IMG/VR virus record: IMGVR_UViG_3300012942_000074
Coordinates: 1 to 41,788 of that record
DNA from: a virus
Lineage: Duplodnaviria > Caudoviricetes
DNA: 41,788 bases
Strand: one strand, 5' to 3'
Below, in pieces: positions 1-8,234 of the stretch. Position 1 is the first letter of the stretch. Every line of letters starts with the position of its first letter. Below the pieces are notes generated by a model, which was given only the letters and a program-made list of their open reading frames with translations, was not told where the DNA came from and ran no database searches. The translations under genes and the position numbers were made by a program.

Positions 1-11
1 CATTGCGAGCC

Positions 12-290
12 TCAAAATGGAATATGGTCGATGAGATTGAGTGCGAGCCTTTCGACGGGCGGGGGAGCAGGGGTGGCAACCTTGAACGCGTGCAGGGCTT
101 GGAGAACCACAAACGTCTCTCCCAGTGCGACGCGAGCGAGCCTCTGGGCTTCCTGCTCCGCGATCTCTAAGGACGAATGAGCTACAGTCGGCGCCCGTCC
201 ATGGACATTCCAGACCATCCAGAAATCTCCAGTATCCAAGCTGTCGCCGCTGCTTTCGCGGGTCGGCATGCAATCGTCTCTCATATCCAT
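12..290 (-). CDS. Hypothetical early protein
   Basis: ORF with GGAG RBS in the leftward early operon; FWMVW...PTVAH...AEQEAQRLA pattern typical of small phage proteins. Confidence 0.7.
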   Translation of the reverse strand: MDMRDDCMPTRESSGDSLDTGDFWMVWNVHGRAPTVAHSSLEIAEQEAQRLARVALGETFVVLQALHAFKVATPAPPPVERLALNLIDHIPF

Positions 291-318
291 TCGCTCCGCT
301 CTTCTTGTGCTGCTTCTG

Positions 319-1092
319 TCATGAGGATGATCCGGTTAGGGAAGGTTGGTTCAAGCTTTCGAGGATCGCTTTGCCGATGAGGAACGGGATTTCAGGGACG
401 ACGCCGTTACCGCAGGCGTGCACTCGGTCCATCCAATTGGGAACATCATCATCCATTCCCAGAAACGCGGGTTCGGACGACCTACTTTCCCAGTCAATCG
501 GGAAAGTGTCTCTCCTAGCCGGACTCCGCGAGAACTCGTTGATGCGCGCCTCAAGACTGTCTCTAAGGTGAACCTGGCTTTGAAATCCGTCGCGCACGGG
601 GTAGGCAACAACCCAGACGCGATCTCGGATGTGATGGGCACCAACGGAACAAGCTGGTATGCAATGCCACTCTGCATCGTACCCGAGCGAGGCCAGGTCC
701 CCGAGAACGTCGCCCAGCCCTCGATCAAGCAGCGCTGCGACGTTTTCCACGATGACGAACCTTGGTCGAAGTTCGCCAATAATTCTGACATACTCGCGCC
801 ATAGTCCCGACCGTTCGCCAGACAGTCCGGCACCTTTTCCTGCAAAGCTGATGTCCTGACAGGGGAACCCGCCGCAGATGACGTCAACAGCAATTCCGTC
901 TGTTGCCAGGCTATCGGCTGTGAGCGTTCTAACGTCGTCGTAGCAGAGGACGGCTGGCCAGTGCTTTGCGAGGACGGCTCGGCAGTACGGTTCAATCTCG
1001 CAGAACGCGACGGTTTCGAATCCCCCTGTTCGTTCAAGGCCAAGAGAAAAACCTCCAATACCCGAAAACAAATCCAGCACGCGCAGCTTCAT
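319..1092 (-). CDS. DNA cytosine-C5 methyltransferase, large (alpha) polypeptide
   Basis: Motif I LFSGIGG, IV GGFPCQDIS, VI ENV, VIII HIRDRVW, X GNGVVP; no motif IX in this frame. Confidence 0.95.
   Translation of the reverse strand: MKLRVLDLFSGIGGFSLGLERTGGFETVAFCEIEPYCRAVLAKHWPAVLCYDDVRTLTADSLATDGIAVDVICGGFPCQDISFAGKGAGLSGERSGLWREYVRIIGELRPRFVIVENVAALLDRGLGDVLGDLASLGYDAEWHCIPACSVGAHHIRDRVWVVAYPVRDGFQSQVHLRDSLEARINEFSRSPARRDTFPIDWESRSSEPAFLGMDDDVPNWMDRVHACGNGVVPEIPFLIGKAILESLNQPSLTGSSS
351..1058 (-). CDS. Overlapping alternative-frame methyltransferase beta polypeptide (start uncertain; ATG at 791 is one candidate)
   Basis: Long open frame inside the MTase gene ending LLPTP...PNPRFWEWMMMFPIGWT, which resembles C5-MTase motif IX; same arrangement as M.EcoHK31I. 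Confidence 0.7.
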   Translation of the reverse strand: MEVFLLALNEQGDSKPSRSARLNRTAEPSSQSTGQPSSATTTLERSQPIAWQQTELLLTSSAAGSPVRTSALQEKVPDCLANGRDYGASMSELLANFDQGSSSWKTSQRCLIEGWATFSGTWPRSGTMQSGIAYQLVPLVPITSEIASGLLPTPCATDFKARFTLETVLRRASTSSRGVRLGETLSRLTGKVGRPNPRFWEWMMMFPIGWTECTPAVTASSLKSRSSSAKRSSKA

Positions 1093-1556
1093 TTCATTTT
1101 CCCTTTGCTGCAGTAGGGGAGGGGAGACTTATGAGCTAGGATGATCCGGGCCATTGCGCCCTTGTCGGGAGATACAGCCCACAGAGCCGCCGCTAGCTCG
1201 ATGACCTCAATCCCGCGCTCAAGAAACCATCCGGCTTCACGTCGAGAACCTACGGCCTCAACCTCGTCGTGATGTTTCCGACATAACGAAACGCACCAAC
1301 GGTCAGATGCGCGCCGGCCAACGGAACGCTCCGCAGCAGCCGGGCCAACCTTGCTATGATGTGGGTCACAGCCAACTATTTGGCAGCCGGGAATGCAGCA
1401 CGGCAGGGTGCGTATGGCTGCTAGATGAGCCTCGCTATTCCCCGGCCGCTTTTCGCGCTTCACTTTCGGCGCCATACGTTTTGCCTTTGCCCGTTCGGTT
1501 ACGGTTGGTTTCCAGTTGCCGTAAATATGTTCGCGTGGAACTTGGCTTGCCATCAC
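1089..1556 (-). CDS. DUF968-like / HNH-like Zn-binding nuclease
   Basis: HLAAIRTLPCCIPGC...DPHH...CVSLCRKHH pattern; located near the recombination gene. Confidence 0.75.
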   Translation of the reverse strand: MMASQVPREHIYGNWKPTVTERAKAKRMAPKVKREKRPGNSEAHLAAIRTLPCCIPGCQIVGCDPHHSKVGPAAAERSVGRRASDRWCVSLCRKHHDEVEAVGSRREAGWFLERGIEVIELAAALWAVSPDKGAMARIILAHKSPLPYCSKGKMK

Positions 1557-1780
1557 GCAGCCCTCAACGCTTTGGCGATCTGTTCGCGAGCGCCGTTGAT
1601 CTGAGTCCGTGTCCGTTCATGCCGGACGTCTGTAGAGGCTGCTTTGAGAGCTGCGAGGGCGGATGCGAGGGCGAGCTTCATGTTTTCCGCTGCAAGCTTT
1701 TCTGCCCTGGCGTATTCGCCCTCCATCAATTCTTCAATGTGCTCTTTGATCTGGATGAGCCGGTCTATTGGGTCGGTCAT
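1553..1780 (-). CDS. Hypothetical coiled-coil protein
   Basis: Stop overlaps the next gene's start; probable start MTDPIDR. Confidence 0.6.
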   Translation of the reverse strand: MTDPIDRLIQIKEHIEELMEGEYARAEKLAAENMKLALASALAALKAASTDVRHERTRTQINGAREQIAKALRAA

Positions 1781-1791
1781 GTTGCAGGCCT

Positions 1792-2133
1792 CTAAAGTCG
1801 CATTGATCGATAGGTGGCACTCTCTGAACGCCACGCCTCAATACGGAGTGCTGCCGCTTCCCTGAGAGCTTTCAACCGCTCGAAGTCTCCTGCCGCGGCA
1901 GCATCTTCCTCTATCGCTTCGATGTACCTGGCGCTCGTTCTGGCATCTGCTTGACGCTTATCGTTCGATGTCGCGTCGGAGAGCTTGAACTCCAATGCCT
2001 CTATGTGTTTCAGCATGTGCCCGGCACGGATGACGCGAGCCTTTGCATCACCGATTGCGCGGGCACCATCGCGGAGAAAATCCAACGCTTTCTCGACTTC
2101 TGGTTCAGTGACGATGCGAGGATGCGCGTTCAT
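1792..2133 (-). CDS. Conserved phage helical protein, possible recombination accessory
   Basis: C-terminal AAALRIEAWRSESATYR; adjacent to RecT. Confidence 0.65.
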   Translation of the reverse strand: MNAHPRIVTEPEVEKALDFLRDGARAIGDAKARVIRAGHMLKHIEALEFKLSDATSNDKRQADARTSARYIEAIEEDAAAAGDFERLKALREAAALRIEAWRSESATYRSMRL

Positions 2134-2156
2134 GGCTTGGCCTTGGGATTTGAAAA

Positions 2157-2933
2157 TTATTCGGCGGCGATTTCGATTGTTGTTTCGGCCTGAAACGCAG
2201 CCATTTTGTCGTCGTATTCGAACGTCAGAAGCTCGGCCCAACGCGATGGAAGCGTGTCCCAGGTCTCCATATTCCGATCGCGGATTTCATCGAGTTCGAC
2301 GCTATTCTTGGCGTTGCGAAGCTCGCCCATGATCTCGTTGAATACCTTGTCGGTGCCGTCTTTCTTTGCACTCGACGATGACTTGCGCTTCGGTGCTTCA
2401 TCGAACGCTACGCCGTCCTCGATCTCCTCCTTGAGATAGAGGCCGCCTAGGACGTCAGCAGCGCCGTCACGACAGGCAAATCCACGAGCGCGCATCGCTA
2501 GCATCCGGGCCGGGTATTGCTTCCACGGCCCTGCTTTATCCTTTAGACCAGCCTTCTGTGCGTCTGCCGGTGAGAAGGTGCGGACGATCTTTTCGCCATC
2601 CGGCCGAGTCACTTCACAGTGCGCGATTTCGTCGGAAATCCACTCCTTGATCTTGAAGCCGCGCGACCAGAGCAAGCCAGGAAGAGCGTCACCCCAAAGC
2701 GTCGGACGGCCGTTGATGACGGCGATCTTGTTAAGTGAGAACATCGGCGGCAACCCGAGTTCCAGGCCCGTCATGATGGCGACGGTGATCTTTTCCGGCG
2801 TGTTCAAGTCGCGCGGGGCCAGTCCACTGAGACTGACGGCCTGAGCAAGGCGAAACACTTCCTCTATGGACTGCGGAACGATGCCCGCAATTGAGCCGCC
2901 CGATTTGAGCGCGACAACATTAGTGCCACTCAT
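2157..2933 (-). CDS. recT: RecT/Redbeta-like single-strand annealing protein
   Basis: IAVINGRPTLWGD and GPWKQYPARMLAMRARGFACRD motifs. Confidence 0.85.
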   Translation of the reverse strand: MSGTNVVALKSGGSIAGIVPQSIEEVFRLAQAVSLSGLAPRDLNTPEKITVAIMTGLELGLPPMFSLNKIAVINGRPTLWGDALPGLLWSRGFKIKEWISDEIAHCEVTRPDGEKIVRTFSPADAQKAGLKDKAGPWKQYPARMLAMRARGFACRDGAADVLGGLYLKEEIEDGVAFDEAPKRKSSSSAKKDGTDKVFNEIMGELRNAKNSVELDEIRDRNMETWDTLPSRWAELLTFEYDDKMAAFQAETTIEIAAE

Positions 2934-3142
2934 GACTGTTCCTCGTTGATCTCAGGGCTGCACATGGATTCCGCTTCTTGCTCGGCAGCGCGGAGCTTTC
3001 TCGCGATCGTTTCCAGTTCGATCTTTGCCCAGTCATCGAATTTGATATTCTCGGAGACGATTTCGATCATCTCAGCGAGAGCGATGACGTTGCCCTGTAG
3101 GCGGCCGAGGGCTTTCGGATATTCGGGGATAAACATGATCAC
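2930..3142 (-). CDS. Hypothetical protein
   Basis: 4-nt start/stop overlaps with both neighbours. Confidence 0.65.
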   Translation of the reverse strand: MIMFIPEYPKALGRLQGNVIALAEMIEIVSENIKFDDWAKIELETIARKLRAAEQEAESMCSPEINEEQS

Positions 3143-3426
3143 CGGTTCTCCTGCTCTTTAGCGAGATTAGCGGCCTTACGAAGTGCGCTTACGACTTCGG
3201 CTTGGATGCGATTGTGGGCATCGTTCCAGGCGGCAATGTTGCAGAAGTTTATGCTTTCCCGTATGGCCTCCATGCACGGAGTAATCAGCCGACTATCGTT
3301 GCAAGCGACGTCGAGTGCTCCGAGCATGCAGTAGGCACCGCGCCCGTCCGAATAAGCACCTTGCACCCACTTACCTTCCGGCTCTATGAGATCAGCGGCT
3401 TTGGATAAGATTTCACTCGCTTGCAT
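3139..3426 (-). CDS. DUF6197-like protein
   Basis: WVQGAY...YCMLGAL...WNDAHNR...EVVSAL pattern. Confidence 0.7.
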   Translation of the reverse strand: MQASEILSKAADLIEPEGKWVQGAYSDGRGAYCMLGALDVACNDSRLITPCMEAIRESINFCNIAAWNDAHNRIQAEVVSALRKAANLAKEQENR

Positions 3427-3769
3427 CTTCTGCCTCCGCTTGAGCTAGAGAGGTTTCGCCGCGTGCTTTCGCGAGAGCGGCACGAGCGGCCAACATCTTT
3501 CTTGCCCAATGTCGCGAGATCGGTCCGTCGTCGTCTCGGTCGGCGTCGATTGCTTCAAGCTGATCGTCGGAATATGGGTACTGAAGTGTAATCACGTACA
3601 GCGCCTCATAGAGATCAGGAGTCGCGCGATAGACACGGACGAGTTCTTTAACCTCGAAAGGCGTAATGCGCCCTGATTGCTCGTTCTTGGCGATGATCAG
3701 GATCGTGTCGAGTTCATCGTCATCCAAGTGACGCGTAAACTTCGTCTCTGTTGAGAGGACTTCAGACAT
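3413..3769 (-). CDS. Hypothetical protein (start MSEVLSTE)
   Basis: GGAG RBS; PDLYEAL...ARAALAKARGE motif common in phage early proteins. Confidence 0.7.
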   Translation of the reverse strand: MSEVLSTETKFTRHLDDDELDTILIIAKNEQSGRITPFEVKELVRVYRATPDLYEALYVITLQYPYSDDQLEAIDADRDDDGPISRHWARKMLAARAALAKARGETSLAQAEAEDASE

Positions 3770-4083
3770 TGGCCGTCTCCAATTCTTGAGGAAGGCCGTA
3801 TTGGAGACGCAGCGCGCGGTATCTCGGCCCTGCGAGTTTCTGAGCCAGCATTGCTCTCTCGCGATCGATATATGACTCCGCGCTGGCGACAGCTTCGGCG
3901 CGGGTAGCAAATGCCAAGCCCATCAGCTGCTTCGTGCGCGTCGCATGGACGCCAATCTTCTGCGGGCCGTAGTCAACAACCGGCACGTACGGCAGGTCTT
4001 TCCAACGGCCCCGCTTGGCAGCAGACGGCTTACCGAAATTCGCGTTTGCCGCGGTCGTCGCGATTTCTGTTGAGAGGACTTCA
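3747..4083. repeat. 18-bp direct repeat TCTGTTGAGAGGACTTCA at 3747-3764 and 4066-4083
   Basis: Identical copies, each lying in the SEVLSTE-coding 5' end of two consecutive genes. Confidence 0.9.
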
Positions 4084-4094
4084 CTTGTCATCAC
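3762..4094 (-). CDS. Hypothetical protein (start MTSEVLSTE)
   Basis: GGGAGG RBS; overlaps both neighbours. Confidence 0.7.
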   Translation of the reverse strand: MMTSEVLSTEIATTAANANFGKPSAAKRGRWKDLPYVPVVDYGPQKIGVHATRTKQLMGLAFATRAEAVASAESYIDRERAMLAQKLAGPRYRALRLQYGLPQELETANV

Positions 4095-4441
4095 ACGGCC
4101 TCCCGCTCGAACTCACGTTCGGCAAGTGAAACGTGCCAGTCGTTCAACTCATCTTCGATCTGGCGTTCAAACCGCTTCTCGATCGTGTCGGCCAAAGCTC
4201 TGGCAATGAGGTCCGGGAGCGACGTCAGATGGTTGCGCTGCATCGGGACCTTGAGGTAGAGCGTCGTCTGTTTCAGGGGTCCGAACTGCGAACCGCCATC
4301 GATCCAAGCATCGAGTGTCAGCCCGACGACAACTCCGTCCTGATCGATCGAGGCGGTGCCGGAAAACATTCCGACCTCGGCGCCGTCGAGATCGACGCCG
4401 GTCTCTTCGAAATCAAAACCTATGACCCCATCGTCCTGCAT
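4091..4441 (-). CDS. Hypothetical acidic protein, first gene of the PL operon
   Basis: AAGGAG RBS before ATG 4441. Confidence 0.65.
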   Translation of the reverse strand: MQDDGVIGFDFEETGVDLDGAEVGMFSGTASIDQDGVVVGLTLDAWIDGGSQFGPLKQTTLYLKVPMQRNHLTSLPDLIARALADTIEKRFERQIEDELNDWHVSLAEREFEREAV

Positions 4442-4468
4442 CGGGTGCGCTCCTTCGATCCAAATTCG

Positions 4469-4544
4469 AAAATGACCCGCTGCCGGGTGGCTGGCTGAAT
4501 TTCGATTGAAGCCCACCATTGGGCACCAACCGGCAGCGGGATCA
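4469..4544 (-). terminator. Long hairpin plus UUUU, putative attenuator/terminator in the PL leader
   Basis: CCCGCTGCCGG (4476-4486) pairs with CCGGCAGCGGG (4530-4540); followed by TTTT on the minus strand. Confidence 0.5.
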
Positions 4545-4614
4545 GGCGAACGGTAGGAACCGCGTGGGAGGAAGGGGGTGGAGAAGGTCCCAGGTGCGTC
4601 GCTGATGACCATGA

Positions 4615-4705
4615 AGTTAATTCATGCGCCGTGAACTGGTCAAGACAAAAATTCATGCGTCATGAATTTTAATGTGCACGGCAAAAATGCCACGCGGCAT
4701 GAAAA
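4615..4705 (-). promoter_or_regulatory. PL promoter and OL operators
   Basis: Minus-strand TTGACC-17-TTAACT; perfect palindrome AAAATTCATG-cgt-CATGAATTTT at 4648-4670; variant TTCATG-cgc-CGTGAA at 4621-4635; half-match near 4691-4704. Confidence 0.75.
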
Positions 4706-4900
4706 ATCATCGTGCGCCAGGAATTTTTATCAAGGTTGACGAGCCGCGCGGCAGCGGGTGGCAGCGATAGTCGCGGCCCAAATAAGCAAAGCAAACAATG
4801 AGGATAAGCGTGTGCGATCAGACACGGCCGGGTGGCCGCGCCGCCGCAAATCAAAGGCTATTTAATCGAATTGTCGGCCGCAAATTGAGTTTCGAGAAAT

Positions 4901-5260
4901 CTAATTTGCTGACTGTTCCCGGAGCTGCCGGATGGCATCGATAGTGTTCGCGGTCTCGCGACGGAGGGACGATGTATCCCCGCGGAAGATCCAATCCAGG
5001 GTCAAGCGGTACGTGTCGCAGAGCGCGTTCGCCCGCTCCATGTCAGGTGCGTTCTTCCCGTTCTCGTACTGATTGTAGGTGTTGGCGGCGATGCCAGCCT
5101 TCTTTGCGAATGTACTCTGGTCGTACCCCAACGCCTGACGTGTCAGCGTCAAACGGTACGCAATTCCTTCTTTGCCACGATCCACGAACAGATCACTCCA
5201 CGATACGCCCGCCGTAGGCGCGAGTGTCTTCGTGGTCTTGGTTGCGCGCTTTCCGGCCAT
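4901..5260 (-). CDS. CI-like XRE-family HTH repressor without a peptidase domain
   Basis: RQALGYDQSTFAKKAGIAANTYNQYENG...TLDWIFRG; divergent from a cro-like gene. Confidence 0.88.
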   Translation of the reverse strand: MAGKRATKTTKTLAPTAGVSWSDLFVDRGKEGIAYRLTLTRQALGYDQSTFAKKAGIAANTYNQYENGKNAPDMERANALCDTYRLTLDWIFRGDTSSLRRETANTIDAIRQLREQSAN

Positions 5261-5320
5261 GGAAATCGCTTAGTCCCGATTTGGGACGGTGGAAAGATAC
5301 GCCAGAAGTGGGGGGATGAG

Positions 5321-5356
5321 TTGACAGAATTCATGAAGCATGAAAATAATTCACGG
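5321..5356 (+). promoter_or_regulatory. PR promoter overlapping the OR operator
   Basis: TTGACA (5321) and AATAAT (5345-5350); operator TTCATG-aag-CATGAA in the spacer matches the OL consensus. Confidence 0.75.
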
Positions 5357-5617
5357 ATGAACGGACAGCGCATCTCGTCTATACGCGAACTTGTCGGTGC
5401 CTTCGGTGGGACGGGAAAGCTCGCTGACTTCCTTAAAGTGGTTCCGAGTGCCGTCAGTAATTGGCTGGCGCAAAAGGAAATTCCGCGCGGCTATCACCTC
5501 GATATCTATCTCGAGTGCGAGCGCCGCGGCTGGAAGATCGACAAAGAAAAAGTCTTCGGAATAACGGACGACAAAACTCGCCACCCTAGGCGGCGGGCGT
5601 GTCAGCCCGCGCTCTGA
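5357..5617 (+). CDS. Cro-like HTH protein, probably leaderless
   Basis: FGGTGKLADFLKVVPSAVSNW...IP motif; ATG lies at about the predicted transcription start. Confidence 0.8.
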   Translation: MNGQRISSIRELVGAFGGTGKLADFLKVVPSAVSNWLAQKEIPRGYHLDIYLECERRGWKIDKEKVFGITDDKTRHPRRRACQPAL

Positions 5618-5679
5618 GTAGAGCTTCACTCGCGTTTTTCAAGTCCTAGTCGCGTTTGCGTACCTGGCCCTCTGCCGCC

Positions 5680-5775
5680 GGGCGATCGCGTGTTGCCAAG
5701 GTGATCGGCTCCGAAAGGACCGTAGGCCTACTCCTGGCCGTTGACGCCTAAAGCAATGAGGGAACGCGATCGCCC
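5680..5775 (+). ncRNA. Candidate structured RNA downstream of cro
   Basis: 12-bp closing stem GGGCGATCGCGT/ACGCGATCGCCC enclosing a GAAA-tetraloop hairpin. Confidence 0.4.
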
Positions 5776-5822
5776 GCCGTGAGTGCGTCATCCACTCGTG
5801 TGCGTTTCATCATCTTCTTAAA

Positions 5823-6065
5823 ATGAGGATCAGAATGACTGAAATTGCAAAGGAAGCGCTGGAGTTAGCGGTGCGCGCCGGAAACCCCGGCGAACAACCT
5901 GAAATAACCGCCCGTCGCGCGCGAGTCTTTTACGAGTTCATTCGTGCCCCGGCCGGCGCGAGCGTCCAGAACGGCGCAACCGCCTCGAGCTACGTGCCGA
6001 TAGGCAGTGGTCTGCCGACAAGCGGTGCCATCCTGTCCGACAAATATCCGCATTCAATGACCTGA
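5823..6065 (+). CDS. Hypothetical protein
   Basis: GAGGA RBS before ATG 5835; ALELAVRA...RARVFYEFI motif. Confidence 0.6.
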   Translation: MRIRMTEIAKEALELAVRAGNPGEQPEITARRARVFYEFIRAPAGASVQNGATASSYVPIGSGLPTSGAILSDKYPHSMT

Positions 6066-6205
6066 ACCAAATTTCGCGGTCTGAGAGCACGGCGCCACGG
6101 CTTGGCACTCATCGTCTTAGGGCCCTCAGGGTAACGGCACCGGGCCGCCGCGGAAACGAAAAGAGCCCGCTTCGGGCAAAGAAGCAGGCTCAGATATTCA
6201 AGATT

Positions 6206-7108
6206 ATGAGGCAACAAATGACGGAACAAGCACTACAGGAAATGCCAGCAGAAGTCAACAATCCGGGCGCTTCGTTTGAGCAATTGAAGGCGATTGGCGC
6301 GCTCCCGATATCGGCCACGGCAAAATATATCGGGACAATCATAGCGTCGACCGGCGCGCGTTCAGTTGCCGACATTTGCTCGGTCACTGGGTTGCCGAAA
6401 TCAACCGTCTACCGAGCGCAAAAAGAGTTTGCCGAGCACGCGTCCGACCTCATTCTCACCGTTCTCACCGTTCTCACTATTCCCACTGTTCTCACCAGTG
6501 AGATTCCCACAATTCCCACTGATGAGAAAATAACGGAAAAAACCGTCTCACTCGTCTCACCAGTGAGAATTTCAGAGCCCGAGCCTTCGTGCGCCCGAGA
6601 TATAACTACACGCCCGACTAAAGAACTTCCTTCGGAAGTAGTTATTTTAAATAATATACCCCCCAACCCCCCAAAACGAAAACCGAAGTCAGAATTCGGA
6701 CGAACGCAAGCCCTGGAAGCGTTCCACGCCTACAACGACGCGGCATTGATCGCCGCCATCCCGCAAGCCTCGCGCATGACGCCGGACCGCGAGCGAAAGA
6801 TCATCGCCCGGCTGAAGGAATTTGGCCTCGAAGGCTGGCACCGCGCCCTTGAAAACATCAAATCGTCGCCCTTCCTCAAGGGCGAAGGCGGCAACGGCAA
6901 ATGGCGGGCAAGCCTCGATTTCCTGTTGCAGGCGTCGTCGTTCGCGAAGGTTCATGACGGCGCCTACAGCGCCAACCCGAAGCCTGCCGCGGCGGCAATG
7001 TCCGCGCTTCTGAAACCGCGCCCACGCATCAAATCCGAGGATGAAATTTATCAGGAAAATATCGCCTGGGCGAAATCACAGGGGTTGCTCGATGAACACG
7101 TCCACTGA
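6206..7108 (+). CDS. Phage replication initiator (N-terminal HTH, C-terminal initiator domain)
   Basis: HTH ICSVTGLPKSTVYRA; IPPNPP linker; C-terminal SPFLKG...WRASLDFLL...KVHDGAY; internal iterons. Confidence 0.85.
   Translation: MRQQMTEQALQEMPAEVNNPGASFEQLKAIGALPISATAKYIGTIIASTGARSVADICSVTGLPKSTVYRAQKEFAEHASDLILTVLTVLTIPTVLTSEIPTIPTDEKITEKTVSLVSPVRISEPEPSCARDITTRPTKELPSEVVILNNIPPNPPKRKPKSEFGRTQALEAFHAYNDAALIAAIPQASRMTPDRERKIIARLKEFGLEGWHRALENIKSSPFLKGEGGNGKWRASLDFLLQASSFAKVHDGAYSANPKPAAAAMSALLKPRPRIKSEDEIYQENIAWAKSQGLLDEHVH
6453..6658 (+). repeat. Iteron array and AT-rich tract, putative replication origin
   Basis: About 9 copies of TCYCAC, mostly at 9-bp period (6453-6570); two CTCACCAGTGAG palindromes; AT-rich 6641-6658. 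Confidence 0.8.
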
Positions 7109-7511
7109 GCAGATGACGCCCGAGCGGGCGGACTGGAACGCACGCTGTTTCGTCAACGGCATGAAGCGCCACGGCGTAACCGGGAAAATGGAACCGGCGT
7201 CGGGCGAGTTCTCATCGCATTTCCTGCGGCATCCGTGGGTGCGGGACGCGGTGGCCGAAGGGTGGGGCAAGGAGCTTCGCGGCCACCTGATTTTGGCGGT
7301 CAAGCGACGGATCATGATGGGGCAGTCTCACAACGATATTGATGCGCTGATGCCGCCGAAAGAATGGGTCGATTACGCCAAACAGCAGGCAGCGCGCTAC
7401 GCGGAGGCTGCGGAATTTCAGAAAGCCAACATGCCGGGCGGTGACATGTCGGGATGGCTGTCGCGGCTCATGGAAAGCAACCTCAAGCGCGATGGGAAGA
7501 TTGCGGCATGA
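7092..7511 (+). CDS. Hypothetical protein, possible replication partner
   Basis: Overlaps the initiator stop; occupies the position of lambda P-like genes. Confidence 0.65.
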   Translation: MNTSTEQMTPERADWNARCFVNGMKRHGVTGKMEPASGEFSSHFLRHPWVRDAVAEGWGKELRGHLILAVKRRIMMGQSHNDIDALMPPKEWVDYAKQQAARYAEAAEFQKANMPGGDMSGWLSRLMESNLKRDGKIAA

Positions 7512-7708
7512 GCAAACCGAGGATGATGGATATCTCCGACATCGAAGCGTTGGCCTGGACCACGCGCACGGCCGGATTGGACCCGAACAAGTTCACGGAA
7601 AGCAAGAAGATGATCACCAAGGCCAAGCAACCGCGCGGCATTCGCTATTCAATTCAAGCCGAGGTCACGCTTCCAAAACTCAAGTTTTTGGACGGGGACG
7701 ATTCATGA
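7508..7708 (+). CDS. Hypothetical protein
   Basis: ATGA overlaps; VTLPKLKFL motif. Confidence 0.6.
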   Translation: MSKPRMMDISDIEALAWTTRTAGLDPNKFTESKKMITKAKQPRGIRYSIQAEVTLPKLKFLDGDDS

Positions 7709-7751
7709 GCAACGTCGTCGAACATCGAAAGCTCATAGCCAGGGAGGTCGC

Positions 7752-8234
7752 ATGACGGTCATTGCGTGGGACGGCAACATGCTGGCGGCGGACAAACAGA
7801 CGACGTTCGGACACGAGCGCGGTTTATTCCCAACTCGGAAAATCTTGGAGAAGAACGGTAGACTTTATGGCTGTGCCGGTATGGCTGGGATGCTTGAGCC
7901 GTGGGCGGAGTGGTTCGACAAGGGACGCGCTCGCGCAGACATGCCAGCGTGCGACGGAGAATGGTCGATGCTCGTTATTGAGGCGGACGGCCGCGCGCTG
8001 CTCCTGAGCGGGAAAACACCGTACCCGGTCGAGGTGAGTGCGCCCTTCGCGATTGGTGATGGCGGTGATTTTGCGCTTGGCGCGATGCATGCCAACGCGA
8101 CGGCACGTGATGCGGTGGTGATCACCTCGCGGCTGTGTGTTTCCTGCGGCAACGGCATCGACGTTCTGTTCCCCGTTTTGAAAGAGTCGCAGAAGGAAGC
8201 AAATCCGGCACTATTCGGAGTTGAAAGGTCATGA
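7752..8234 (+). CDS. HslV/proteasome-beta-like Ntn hydrolase
   Basis: N-terminal (M)TVIAWDG..LAADKQ; AIGDGGDFALGAM. Confidence 0.75.
   Translation: MTVIAWDGNMLAADKQTTFGHERGLFPTRKILEKNGRLYGCAGMAGMLEPWAEWFDKGRARADMPACDGEWSMLVIEADGRALLLSGKTPYPVEVSAPFAIGDGGDFALGAMHANATARDAVVITSRLCVSCGNGIDVLFPVLKESQKEANPALFGVERS

Noticed and set aside
6453-6570. CRISPR or DGR-type repeat
   Set aside because: 9-bp tandem units without spacers; no cas or reverse transcriptase gene anywhere in the window
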